Of a stretch of DNA of 64,000 bases, positions 39,301 through 48,535 are shown one piece after another; within the stretch, counting starts at the first letter, position 1; every line of letters begins with the position of its first letter. Both the position numbers and the translations under genes were made by a program. Source of the stretch: Candidatus Sumerlaeia bacterium (GTDB taxonomy: Bacteria > Sumerlaeota > Sumerlaeia > SLMS01 > JANRJK01). The DNA is taken from contig JANRJK010000036.1 of the NCBI GenBank assembly GCA_033764015.1, forward strand, positions 192,001 to 256,000, in the 5' to 3' direction. The notes under the pieces are model-generated. The model saw nothing but the letters and a program-made list of their open reading frames with translations, was not told where the DNA came from and did no database searches.

Positions 39301-42300
39301 CTTCTGGCGCTCGCGGGGGTCGTCGACGAGGCGCGCTTCGTCGTGAAGGACGAGCCGCTGGTGAACGCCGCGGCGGCGAGCGCGGCGCTGCTGCGGCTTG
39401 CGGAGCTGGGAGGGTCGGCGGACACGGGGACGGCGGCGCGGCTGGATGCGTCGTGGATCGCGGGGCTGGGCGCGCCGGAGCCCGCGGGAGCGGCGGGCGC
39501 GGTGGACCGGGCGGCGGCGCGGCTGCTCGCGGCCCAGTTCGAGGGGCTGCTGGAGGCGACTCCGCTCGTCGAGTCGCCGGAGGCGCGGATGCGGCTCGGG
39601 CTGGCGCGGCTGCTCGAGCTGCGGAGCGCGGTGTTCGCGCCGGGTGCGGAGTCGGAGGGGACTCCCGAGCGCGCGCTTCGGGAGGCGCGCCGCGCGCTCG
39701 CGGTCGAGTCGGCGGAGGCGCTGGTCCGCGCGCTGCGGGAGGATGCGCAGACCGCCACGGACGGCGTGGAGGCGAACGGCCTTCTGCTCCGGGCGCACGC
39801 GCTGCGGCTGTCGCTGGCGGCCCGGTTCGCTGGGGACGAGCGGACGGACTCCGCTCGCGCGGAGGCGTTGGCGTTCGCTCGGGCCTCGGGGCATGGGGAT
39901 TCGGAGTGGTGGCTGCACGCGGAGGAGGCGCTCGCTTCCCGCGACGCGCAGCGCCGGGACGCCGCGCTGGAACGCGCCCGAGTCTCGGCGGCGGCGCTAC
40001 TTCCGTCCTCGCTGACGGGGCGCTCCGCGGAACTGGCGTCGCTGCTGCCCGCGCTGCGCGATGCGAACGCGGCGACGGGCGAGGAGGCGGTATGGCGCGG
40101 CGGCGAGGAGTGGGCTCTTGCGGAGTTGCGCTTGGCGTTCGCCGGCGCGGTGCCGGGGGACGGCGCGTGGGGTGCCGGCTTCGTCCGGCTGCGGGACGCG
40201 CGCGACCGGCTGCTCGGCCGCCTGCGCTCGACTCCCCCCGCGGAGCTCGGTTCGGCGGAGTTCGTCGTGTCGCAGCTCGCCCGCGCGGAGGAGGCGCTCG
40301 CCGCGCACTTGGACGCGGGGCGCGCGGACGGCGACGCCTTCGCCAACGCGCTGTTCGCGGCGCCGACGCCGTTCGAGGACGCCTCCGTGGTGTACGACCT
40401 TGGCGGCCTGCTCGGCGTCGAGGCTGCGCTGCCCGGCGCTGACGCGGCGGGGCGGGTGCTGCTTTCGCCGGGACCGGTCGGGGTGGCCGGCGCGGCCTCC
40501 GTGGTGCGCGTGCTGAGCGGCGCGCACCTGCTTTGGGCGCTTTCCGACCCGCCGCTCGAGCTGCGCACGGCGGATGGCGCGGTGCTGGGCGAGCGCGTGC
40601 TGCGGGGTCCGATCCGCGAGGTGGGGGCGAGTCCGCTCGACTGGGAAGTCGGCGAGGAGCGGCGGCGCCTCGGCGACTTCGCCGCGGAGGAGCCGGCGGC
40701 GCTCTGGAGCGTCGAGGCGGAGCTGGTCCCCGGCGCGCGCCTCGCGGTCGCGGCGGCGCTCGCATCGCAGGGCGCCGCGTCGGTGCGCTTCCCCGGCGGC
40801 GAGTTTTTCGGCGCGCCCCGCGTGGATCCCGCGGGAGCGCCGGACGTCGCGCTGGCGCGGCTGGCGGCGGCGCGGGGCGAGGCGTTCGCGGCGATCGAGG
40901 AGAACGATGCGGAACGGGCGGCCCCGGCGCTGGTGACGACGCTGGCGCTTTCGGAAGCGCTGGGCGAAACGGGCGACCGCACGCTGCTGCTGGAGCTGCT
41001 GGCGCAGGCGCTCGGGGATTCGGGGCGCTACGAGGAGGCGCTTGGTCCCGCCGCCGCCGCGGTGGAGGCGCGCCGCGCGGATGGGGGCCCCGAAGCGCTG
41101 GCCAAGTCGCTCGCCCGCCTCGGCGGGCTGGCGGACCGTGCCCGGCGGCACGATGCCGCGGAACGCTCCTACACGGAGGCCGGGGAGCTGTTCGCGTCGC
41201 TCGGCGACGAGGCGTCGCGGCTCGGTGCGCGGACCAACATCGGACTCACGCTGGAGCGCTCGGGCGAGTACGCGCGGGCGGCGGCCGAGTACGCGGCGGT
41301 CCGCGCGGACGCGGCCGCGGCGGGCGACCGGGCGCTGGCGCTCGAATCGCTCGGGCGCGTGGCGCGAATCCTGGCGCTGCGCCAGAACCGCTACGCGGAG
41401 GCGGAGGAGCTGCTGCGCGAAGGCCTCGCGGAGGCGCCGGCGGGGTCGGCGGAGGCGATCGGCCTGCGGATCGATCTGGCCTACGCGCTGGAGCGGACCG
41501 CGCGCTACGACGAGGCGCTGGCGGAGTTGGGGGCGGCGCAGGAGGAAGCCAAGGCGGCGGAGCTGCCGCTGCTCGAGGCGCTCGCGCTGAAGGACCGCGC
41601 GAACGTTCTGTGGCTGCGTTCCGACTACTTCGAGAGCTTCACGGCGCGCACGGACGCGGAGGCGCTGGCGGCGCGGCTCGGCGACACGGAGCTGCGGATC
41701 GCGCTGCGCAACGTGGCGGGCCTCACGGCGTGGTCGGTGAACGACCTGCCTCGCGCCATGGCGGAGTTCGACGACGCGCTGTCGCTGTCGCGGCGCGCCT
41801 CGCTACCGACGGAAGAGGCGTCGACGCTGAACAACCGCGGCCTCGCGCTCCGCTCGCAGGGGCTGCTGGAGGAGGCGCTGGCGGACCTGCGCGCGGCGGA
41901 GGCGATCGACACGGCGCAGGGCAACCGCTGGGGCGCGGCGTACGCGAAGCGCAACATCGCGCTCACGCTGATCGAGGCGCTCCGCCCCGCGGAGGCGCTC
42001 CCCTACCTTGCGGACGCGCTCGCGTACGCGGAGGCGATCGGCGACCGCGCGAACATGTCGAAGACGCGGCTGGCGGCGGGGGACGCGCTCCGCGCGCTGG
42101 ACCGCCGGGCGGAGGCGGAGGCCGCCTACCGCGAGGCGCTGGCGATCGCCGACGCCGTGCCGCTGCGCGAGGTGCAGTGGCGCGCGCACTACGGGCTGGC
42201 GGAGCTGCTCCTCGCGGATGGTCCCGATCCCGCCGCCGCGCCGGAGCTGGAGCGCGCGCTCGGAGTGCTCGACACGCTGCGCGCCGGGCTCCGCGTGGAG

Positions 42301-43695
42301 GAGTTCCAGGAGGGGTTCCTCGCGGACAAGCAGGCGCCCTACGACGCGCTGGTGGAGCTGCTGCTGGACCTCGGGCGGGAGGAGGAAGCGCTCGCGGTTT
42401 CGGAGCGGGCGCGCGGGCGCAACTTCCTCGACCTGCTCGGCAACCGGAGGCCGGGGCTGCGGACGCCGGAGGAGAACGAACTTTCCGCCCGGGAACGCGA
42501 GGCGTCGGACGCGATCCTGGCGCTGGAGCGGCGGCTCGGCGCGGCGCCGGCGGCGAAGCGCGCGGAGATCGAGAGCGAGCTGGCGCGGGCGCGCGCCGAG
42601 TACTCTTCGCTGCTCGTGCGGCTGCGCGCCGCGAACCCGCAGCTCTCCTCGTTCGTGCGCGTCGAGCCGGTGGACCTGGACGCGCTGCGGGCGCTGCTCG
42701 AGCCGGAGACGGCGCTGGTGGTGTACCATCTGCTGGAGGACGAGGCGGTGCTTTGGGTGGTGCGGCGCGACGGGATCACGGCGCGGCGCTCGCCGGTTTC
42801 GAGGGCCGAAGTGGCCGCGCGGGTGGGCTCGCTGCGGGAGCGGCTGCAGGATCTCGCGCCGGTGGACGCGGAGATCGCCGCGATGTCGGAGGCGCTGATC
42901 GCCCCGGCGATGGATGGGCTTTCGGGGGCGGCGCGGATCGGGTTCGTGCCGCACCGCGAGCTGCACACGCTGCCCTTCCCGGCGCTGCGCGAGCGCTCCG
43001 GCGGCCCGCTGCTGATCGAGGGCTACGCGCTGTTCCATCTGCCGAGCGCGAGCGTCCTGCCGTACTCCGTCGAACGCCGGACGCCGGAACCGCGCGCCCG
43101 GCAGGAGCTCCGCGTCCTGGCCGTCGGCAACCCGGAGACGAACATCCCCGGTTCGGACCTGCCGTTCGCCCAGAAGGAGGCGGAGCGCCTCCGGTTCGAA
43201 TACCCCGACATCACGGTGGCGACGGGCGGCGCGGCGACGGAGGAGTGGGTGGGGGCGAACGCGGGGGGCTACGACGTGATCCACATCGCCTCCCACGGCG
43301 AGTACAATCCGCTGGCGCCGATGGTTTCGGGGCTTCTCCTGGCGGGGAAGGGGGACGGGGAGGGCCGCCTGACATCGGAGGAGATCTTCGCGCTGCCGCT
43401 CGCCGCGGACCTGGTGGCGCTGTCGGCCTGCCAGACGGGCCTCGGCCGCGTGACCGCCGGCGACGAGGTGGTGGGGCTGAACCGCGCGTTCCTCTACGCC
43501 GGCACGCGGCAGATCGTCTCGACGCTATGGCGGGTGGACGACATCGCGACGGCGGTGCTCTTCAAGCACTTCTACCGGAACGACCGGGACCTGGACCGGG
43601 CGGAGGCGCTGCGGCAGGCGCAGCTCCGCGTGGCGGCGCGATACCCGCATCCGGCCTACTGGTCGGGCGTGGCGCTCACGGGGGACTGGCGCTGA
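36286..43695 (+). CDS. Giant exported PD40/TPR/CHAT (caspase-like) protein
   Basis: Signal-like N-terminus; PD40 repeats (PRISPDGRRLAFISTR); many TPRs; CHAT dyad IHIASHG and LSACQTG; HPAYWSG end. Confidence 0.9.
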   Translation: MDHQVATFLMLFAAGAAGAAEPLLSLPGDEAAPQADPRGRWLVFEHTNEGTTNLLLLDLRGGPGASPKPLAPHPANSREPRISPDGRRLAFISTRADALGDLFVLTLPDGEPRRLTDSTTSDRAPRWITADSIEIEQRRGAGWERTVLDARTGQPEPGAAAPADTGAGAPFPLLAANGELALLRADDTNRDGRLDDADDASLWRRGADGWSQVALPLAGASGLARLGDELVVSAEGPDGLDLFVLPVDESLADPPVAADRAQVGVTAEMADAAALARWRGEALRSGSAEAAAQWLRSALARGEIATLLEPPAFLDAMFSTDAAARWNYGALRIEAELRGLTVATLEAAQESAAVEALARRARAHAAAMPAGADSDVAAQFALARLGMFARTGDTARALELAAELEGSGAMDRDPGTQAAFLAAKAGVYRRLGQFDESARFRLAALGVLPADDPRARLLAREVLGDATAQSPDDEARLLAIRAVSAENGRLPALLAESRLAQARLLDRIGEPEPALEAARLAVEDPDTPAAAASEALLLEADILGSRGRFEEAVRLLAASRERLGAEGAATEAALRAALVRGLSAQGRAELRAGDAALAQATYGRLTELVPEAYQGWRGRVAALAAMPNGLDAVRGELRRAAKSDAGDARAQYLYGLLLTYEESKVDSAEKYLRRAVALDGSNAFHHQTLGYVLEQRALRGRRNERLAEAQERYERALALTDAGAAPQDHADLLLNAGNAAFAQERFPRAWSLYLRRAQSPSPFENDAQEFLFRRSAGIAAFRAYEARRAEESFAAALRLLESPGPALLGATAEPVRAELSRELRDRRALALWQLGRAGEAAELWEGLAPLADKRSMDAVRLRRNAALARLDQVESSTGAARADAFAAAEAQLAEARALLPGARLEGPAKGGPFAVDVVVASDATTGGADLRLDRAEEERLLRLAHLRLASLRGDDEAAARGLADELAFLSAPVPEEQLAYRSTQRSLLQRRLAEDMLASGDRTGALLALAGVVDEARFVVKDEPLVNAAAASAALLRLAELGGSADTGTAARLDASWIAGLGAPEPAGAAGAVDRAAARLLAAQFEGLLEATPLVESPEARMRLGLARLLELRSAVFAPGAESEGTPERALREARRALAVESAEALVRALREDAQTATDGVEANGLLLRAHALRLSLAARFAGDERTDSARAEALAFARASGHGDSEWWLHAEEALASRDAQRRDAALERARVSAAALLPSSLTGRSAELASLLPALRDANAATGEEAVWRGGEEWALAELRLAFAGAVPGDGAWGAGFVRLRDARDRLLGRLRSTPPAELGSAEFVVSQLARAEEALAAHLDAGRADGDAFANALFAAPTPFEDASVVYDLGGLLGVEAALPGADAAGRVLLSPGPVGVAGAASVVRVLSGAHLLWALSDPPLELRTADGAVLGERVLRGPIREVGASPLDWEVGEERRRLGDFAAEEPAALWSVEAELVPGARLAVAAALASQGAASVRFPGGEFFGAPRVDPAGAPDVALARLAAARGEAFAAIEENDAERAAPALVTTLALSEALGETGDRTLLLELLAQALGDSGRYEEALGPAAAAVEARRADGGPEALAKSLARLGGLADRARRHDAAERSYTEAGELFASLGDEASRLGARTNIGLTLERSGEYARAAAEYAAVRADAAAAGDRALALESLGRVARILALRQNRYAEAEELLREGLAEAPAGSAEAIGLRIDLAYALERTARYDEALAELGAAQEEAKAAELPLLEALALKDRANVLWLRSDYFESFTARTDAEALAARLGDTELRIALRNVAGLTAWSVNDLPRAMAEFDDALSLSRRASLPTEEASTLNNRGLALRSQGLLEEALADLRAAEAIDTAQGNRWGAAYAKRNIALTLIEALRPAEALPYLADALAYAEAIGDRANMSKTRLAAGDALRALDRRAEAEAAYREALAIADAVPLREVQWRAHYGLAELLLADGPDPAAAPELERALGVLDTLRAGLRVEEFQEGFLADKQAPYDALVELLLDLGREEEALAVSERARGRNFLDLLGNRRPGLRTPEENELSAREREASDAILALERRLGAAPAAKRAEIESELARARAEYSSLLVRLRAANPQLSSFVRVEPVDLDALRALLEPETALVVYHLLEDEAVLWVVRRDGITARRSPVSRAEVAARVGSLRERLQDLAPVDAEIAAMSEALIAPAMDGLSGAARIGFVPHRELHTLPFPALRERSGGPLLIEGYALFHLPSASVLPYSVERRTPEPRARQELRVLAVGNPETNIPGSDLPFAQKEAERLRFEYPDITVATGGAATEEWVGANAGGYDVIHIASHGEYNPLAPMVSGLLLAGKGDGEGRLTSEEIFALPLAADLVALSACQTGLGRVTAGDEVVGLNRAFLYAGTRQIVSTLWRVDDIATAVLFKHFYRNDRDLDRAEALRQAQLRVAARYPHPAYWSGVALTGDWR

Positions 43696-44318
43696 GCGAG
43701 CAGCGCGGCGACATCGGCGCGGAGCACGGCGCCGACCTCCTCGACCGGGCGCATGGCGTCCACGACGCGCATGAAGGGGAATCCGTCCAGCCCGAGAAAG
43801 ATCGCCCGCGCGCGGGCGAGGCGCTCCTCGCGCTCGAAGTGGTCCCCGGCGCCGTCCCGGCCGCGCACGCGGGCGAGCGCCTCCGCGACCGGAAGATCGA
43901 AGACCGCCAGGTAGTCGGGCACCGGCGCGAAGGCCTCGTTGGCGAGGCGGATCTCCGCCGGGTCGAGACCCCTCGCCCCTTGGTAGGCCATGGAGGAGAT
44001 GTAGTAGCGGTCCAGGACCACGATTCCGCCGGCGGCGAGTGTGGGTTCGATGGACTCGGCGACGTTCCGGCGCCGGTCCTCGCGGAAGAGCTCGAACTCC
44101 TTCGCGGCGGTGAGGACTTCCGGCCCGAGGGGCATCAGGCGGCGCAGCTCCATGCCGTGGGGGCCGCGGGTGGGCTCGTGGAGGACGCGGACCATGAGGC
44201 CGGAGGACTGGAGCCAGCGGGCGAGGAGTTCCGCCTGGGTGCTCTTGCCGGCGCCGTCGATGCCCTCGATGGCGACGAGGAGTCCGCGCGCGGGGGCGGG
44301 ATCGGCGGGACTGCGCAT
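43656..44318 (-). CDS. tmk: Thymidylate kinase
   Basis: P-loop EGIDGAGKSTQ, HEP, LDRY..SS.AYQG; AAGGAG RBS. Confidence 0.93.
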   Translation of the reverse strand: MRSPADPAPARGLLVAIEGIDGAGKSTQAELLARWLQSSGLMVRVLHEPTRGPHGMELRRLMPLGPEVLTAAKEFELFREDRRRNVAESIEPTLAAGGIVVLDRYYISSMAYQGARGLDPAEIRLANEAFAPVPDYLAVFDLPVAEALARVRGRDGAGDHFEREERLARARAIFLGLDGFPFMRVVDAMRPVEEVGAVLRADVAALLAQRQSPVSATPDQ

Positions 44319-44499
44319 GGTGCTCCTTCGGCGCTGGGACTGGGGCGCACCTTCCCGGCGGCGCGGGCGGTCCGCAAGCGGTCATCGCCGCGGGGCGCGC
44401 CGGAATCTTCGCTTGCCGCGCCGCGGGGGCGGGCGTTGCCTTGACCGATTGCCGTGGCGGCGCCCTCCCGCCCGGCCCCTCCCAAGGAGCTTCGCCAGC

Positions 44500-45861
44500 G
44501 TGTACGTCTGCGTTATCGGCACCGGCTATGTCGGCCTCACCACGGGCGCGGTCTTCGCCGACCTCGGCAACGATGTCATGTGCATCGACAAGAACGCGCA
44601 GAAGATCGAAAACCTGCGCCAGGGCATCATGCCCATCTACGAGCCCGGCCTCGAGGAAATGGTCCTCCGCAACATCGAGGAGGGCCGCCTGACGTTTTCG
44701 ACGGACACCGCCGAGGGCGTGCGCAAGTCCGAGGTGGTCTTCATCGCGGTCGGCACGCCGCCGAAGGCGGACGGCTCGACGGACCTCTCGCAGGTCGAAG
44801 GCGCGGCGAAGGACATCGCCGCCTGCCTCGACCGCTACAAGATCGTCGTGAACAAGTCCACGGTCCCGGTCGGCACGGGCAACTTCGTGCGGCAGGTGAT
44901 CGAGGCGAACAAGCGCCGCGCGGTCGACTTCGACGTGGTCTCGAACCCCGAGTTCCTGCGCGAGGGCTCCGCGATCCAGGACAGCTTCCTGCCGGACCGC
45001 ATCGTGATCGGCGCGCCGAGCCAGAACGTGGCGATGTCGCTGCTCGAGCTGTACGCGCCGATCGAGCGCCCGATGCTGATCACCGACGTCTACAGCGCGG
45101 AGTTGATCAAATACGCCAGCAACGCCTTCCTCGCGACGAAGATCAGCTTCATCAACGCGATCGCGGACATCTGCGAGCGGGTGGGCGCGGACGTGTCGCT
45201 GGTGGCCAAGGGCATGGGCGCGGACCAGCGCATCGGCAAGGAGTTCCTGCAGGCGGGGCTCGGCTACGGCGGCTCCTGCTTCCCGAAGGACACGCTATCG
45301 CTGATCCACACGGCGAAGGCGCTCGGCGAGGACTTCGCCATGCTCGAGGAAGTGGTGAAGACGAACGACCGGCGCACGAAGCGGTTCGTCGAGCGGATCG
45401 TGAAGCATTTCGGCGGCTCGCTCGCCGGCAAGCGCATCGGCGTGCTGGGCCTCGCGTTCAAGCCCAACACGGACGACATGCGCGACGCGAAGTCGGTCGA
45501 GGTGATCAAGCACCTGCACGCCGCGGGCGCGAAGGTGGTCGCCTACGACCCGATCGCCACGGACAACGCGAAGCCGATGCTCCCGGCGGACATCGGATAC
45601 GAGAAGAGCGCCTACGACGCGGCGAAGGGCGCCGACGCGCTGGTGATCATGACGGAATGGAACGAGTTCAAGCTGCTGAACCTCGAGAAGGTGCAGGACG
45701 CCATGGGCTCGCCGGTGATCTTCGACGGGCGGAACATCTACCCGTTGGACCGGATGGAGCGCACGGGCTTCGAGTACCACAGCATCGGACGGCGCTCGGT
45801 GACGGGCCGCCGCCGCTCGATCCCGGCAGGAGTTGCCGCCAATGGCGGAAGCGACTCCTGA
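44500..45861 (+). CDS. ugd: UDP-glucose 6-dehydrogenase
   Basis: GTG with [40 protein letters not shown]. Confidence 0.93.
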   Translation: MYVCVIGTGYVGLTTGAVFADLGNDVMCIDKNAQKIENLRQGIMPIYEPGLEEMVLRNIEEGRLTFSTDTAEGVRKSEVVFIAVGTPPKADGSTDLSQVEGAAKDIAACLDRYKIVVNKSTVPVGTGNFVRQVIEANKRRAVDFDVVSNPEFLREGSAIQDSFLPDRIVIGAPSQNVAMSLLELYAPIERPMLITDVYSAELIKYASNAFLATKISFINAIADICERVGADVSLVAKGMGADQRIGKEFLQAGLGYGGSCFPKDTLSLIHTAKALGEDFAMLEEVVKTNDRRTKRFVERIVKHFGGSLAGKRIGVLGLAFKPNTDDMRDAKSVEVIKHLHAAGAKVVAYDPIATDNAKPMLPADIGYEKSAYDAAKGADALVIMTEWNEFKLLNLEKVQDAMGSPVIFDGRNIYPLDRMERTGFEYHSIGRRSVTGRRRSIPAGVAANGGSDS

Positions 45862-46732
45862 CCTGATCGGGCGCGTCGCGGACGCTGTGGCGCGCGAGCT
45901 GCTCGCGCGCCAGGGCCCCCCCGCGCCCAAGCCGGCCGCGACGCCGTGCGCCGCGCCGCACGGCATGGCGGGCGCGCCGAACCCGGCGGCGAAACATGCG
46001 CTGATCGAGGCGGGGGCCCAGCGCCTGGGGCACAGCACCGAGGACGCCGCGCCCCCGGCGCAGGAGTGCCGCCCCTACGCGCGCTACATCGACCACACGC
46101 TGCTGAAGCCGACCGCGACGGAGGACGAGGTCCGCACCCTGTGCGCGCAGGCCCGCGAGCACCAGTTCGCGTCGGTCTGCGTGAATCCCTCCTTCGTGCC
46201 GCTGTGCGCCGAGCTGCTGAAGGGCAGCGGCGTGAAGGTCTGCACGGTGGTCGGGTTCCCGCTGGGCGCGACGACGACGGCGGTGAAGGTCTTCGAGACC
46301 CGCGAGGCGGTGGCGAACGGGGCGGAAGAGATCGACATGGTGGTGCAGATCGGGCGGCTGAAGTCGGGCGACTACCAGTACGTGTGCGACGACATCCGCG
46401 GCGTGGTGCTGGCGGCGCAGGGCCGGCTGGTGAAGGTGATCCTGGAGACGACGGTGCTGGAGGAGCACGAGAAGGTGGCGGGCTGCACGCTGTCGAAGGC
46501 GGCGGGCGCGCACTTCGTGAAGACGTCGACCGGGTTCGGCGGCGGCGGGGCGACGGCGGAGGATGTCGCGCTGATGCGGCGCGTGGTGGGCCCGGCGCTG
46601 GGCGTGAAGGCCTCCGGCGGCATCCGCACGTGCGGCGACGCGGAGAAGATGGTGGCGGCCGGCGCGAACCGGCTGGGCGCGAGCGCCTCGGTGGCGATCG
46701 TCGCGGGCGCGGAGGGCAAGGCGGGCTATTGA
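45842..46732 (+). CDS. deoC: Deoxyribose-phosphate aldolase with N-terminal extension
   Basis: [35 protein letters not shown]. Confidence 0.95.
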   Translation: MAEATPDLIGRVADAVARELLARQGPPAPKPAATPCAAPHGMAGAPNPAAKHALIEAGAQRLGHSTEDAAPPAQECRPYARYIDHTLLKPTATEDEVRTLCAQAREHQFASVCVNPSFVPLCAELLKGSGVKVCTVVGFPLGATTTAVKVFETREAVANGAEEIDMVVQIGRLKSGDYQYVCDDIRGVVLAAQGRLVKVILETTVLEEHEKVAGCTLSKAAGAHFVKTSTGFGGGGATAEDVALMRRVVGPALGVKASGGIRTCGDAEKMVAAGANRLGASASVAIVAGAEGKAGY

Positions 46733-46769
46733 GGCCCCGCCCCGCGCGGGCGGCCTTCCGCCACACACC

Positions 46770-47870
46770 ATGAAGCAGATCGAACAAGGCGCGTTTGTTG
46801 ACTATGTCAAGATCAACGTCGAGGCGGGCGACGGCGGCCAGGGCTGCATCGCGTTCCTGCGCGACAAGCTGACGGCGTTCGGCGGCCCGGCGGGCGGCGA
46901 CGGCGGCCGCGGCGGAAGCATCTTCCTGGAAGGCCAGCGCGAGCTGACCACGCTGCTCGATTTCAAGGGCCGCCCGTTCTGGCGCGCGCGCCGCGGCGCG
47001 CACGGCGAAGGCAAGAACTGCTCGGGGCAGGCGGGCGAGGACATCGTGCTGCCGGCGCCGCTCGGCACCGTGGTCACGGACGCGGACACCGGCGAGGTGG
47101 TGGGCGAGGTCCTCGAGACGGGACAGCGCCTCCTGATCGCCAAGGGAGGGGACGGCGGGCGCGGCAACCAGCACTTCGCGAACGCCACGAACAAGGCGCC
47201 GCGCAAGGCCGAGGCCGGCTGGCCCGGCGACAAGCGCACGCTGATCCTCGAGCTGAAGGTGATCGCCGACGCGGGGCTGATCGGGCTCCCGAACGCGGGG
47301 AAGTCCACGCTGCTCGCGGCGCTGACCCGCGCCACCCCGAAGATCGCGGCGTACCCGTTCACGACGCTGACGCCGAACCTCGGGGTGTTCCTCGCCTCCG
47401 ACCTGCAACGCCAGATCACGCTGGCGGACATCCCGGGCCTGATCGAAGGGGCCCACGACGGCCTCGGCCTCGGGCACCGCTTCCTCCGCCACATCGAGCG
47501 CACGAAGGTGCTGGTGCACCTGGTCGCCCCCGAGGCGGGCGAGGGCGAGGACGGCCAATGGGTCCTCAACGACTGCCGGCCCGACACGCTGCTGTACGCC
47601 TGGAAGCTGATCGAGGCGGAGCTGGCGGAGTACTCGCCGGACCTGCCGAAGCGCCCCCGCCTCGCGGTGCTGTCGAAGATCGACCTGATGTCCGGGGAGG
47701 AGCGCGACGAGGTGCTCGCCGCGTTCCGCGCGGAGCTCGGCGTCGAACTGCTTCCCATCAGCGCGCAGACCGGCGAGGGGCTCGACGCGCTGCGACTCGC
47801 GGTGGAGCGCGAGGCGCTGGCGCTCGACGCGCCGGCGGGTCCGGACCCGCAGCCGGAGAAGGCCGAATGA
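46770..47870 (+). CDS. obgE: GTPase ObgE/CgtA
   Basis: Gly-rich GGDGGRGG N-terminus, GLPNAGKS, YPFTTL, DIPGLIEGA, SKID. Confidence 0.96.
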   Translation: MKQIEQGAFVDYVKINVEAGDGGQGCIAFLRDKLTAFGGPAGGDGGRGGSIFLEGQRELTTLLDFKGRPFWRARRGAHGEGKNCSGQAGEDIVLPAPLGTVVTDADTGEVVGEVLETGQRLLIAKGGDGGRGNQHFANATNKAPRKAEAGWPGDKRTLILELKVIADAGLIGLPNAGKSTLLAALTRATPKIAAYPFTTLTPNLGVFLASDLQRQITLADIPGLIEGAHDGLGLGHRFLRHIERTKVLVHLVAPEAGEGEDGQWVLNDCRPDTLLYAWKLIEAELAEYSPDLPKRPRLAVLSKIDLMSGEERDEVLAAFRAELGVELLPISAQTGEGLDALRLAVEREALALDAPAGPDPQPEKAE

Positions 47871-48535
47871 CCCGGCGCATTCGCTTTCCGCTCGCCCTGG
47901 CGCTTCTTGTTTCCGCGTCCGGGTGCATCAGTTTCGATCCGGCGTCGACGCGCCAACTGGACGAGGCGGACCGCCTCGAACGCGCCGCGTCGCTGAACCC
48001 GTCCAATGCGCACGCGTGGTTCGCCACCGGGAAGCAGCGGCTGGACGCGGGTGACTTCGACGGGGCGCAGGAGGCATTCCAGAGCGCGCTCGCGGCGCAG
48101 CCGGAGTTCGACGAGGCGGAGCTCGGCCTCGCGCTGTCGCACCTCGAGCAGCGCGAGTTCGCCGCCGCCCGCCGCGCGTACACCGCGCTGGCGGAGCGCC
48201 GCCCGGACCTCGCCGCGGCGTGGGAGGGGCTCGCCGCCACGGAGCTGGAGGCGCGCCGCCCGGACGCGGCGGAGGCCGCCGCGCGCGAGGCGCTGCGGTG
48301 CGACGGACGCTCGGCCCCAGCCCTGCGCGTGCTGGGCGAGGCCGCCTACATCCGGGGCGACCACCGGGCCGCGGTGCGCGCCTGGAGCGCCGCGATCGAC
48401 GCGGATCCCGCCCTCGAACCGCGCCTCGGCCCCCTGCTGGCGGACCTAAGGCTCTACTTGCGGAAGTACGCCCCGGGTGCGGATATGGGCTCCGACACCG
48501 CAGCCAACGCCCCCGCCACGGAACGCCCGCGATGA
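47867..48535 (+). CDS. TPR-repeat lipoprotein
   Basis: ATGA overlap; lipobox ASGC; several TPR-like helical repeats. Confidence 0.8.
   Translation: MTRRIRFPLALALLVSASGCISFDPASTRQLDEADRLERAASLNPSNAHAWFATGKQRLDAGDFDGAQEAFQSALAAQPEFDEAELGLALSHLEQREFAAARRAYTALAERRPDLAAAWEGLAATELEARRPDAAEAAAREALRCDGRSAPALRVLGEAAYIRGDHRAAVRAWSAAIDADPALEPRLGPLLADLRLYLRKYAPGADMGSDTAANAPATERPR

Noticed and set aside
36286..43695. CHAT as a Craspase/type III-E CRISPR effector
   Set aside because: No repeats, spacers or cas genes in the window; the protein appears exported
43656..43695. Convergent CHAT/tmk overlap (a similar one occurs at 50451-50486)
   Set aside because: Short tail-to-tail overlaps are common in GC-rich genomes and both proteins look complete
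38099..44444. Long alternative-frame ORFs (888 aa minus, 1303 aa plus)
   Set aside because: Arg/Gly/Ala/Pro-rich off-frame shadows of the CHAT gene and tmk
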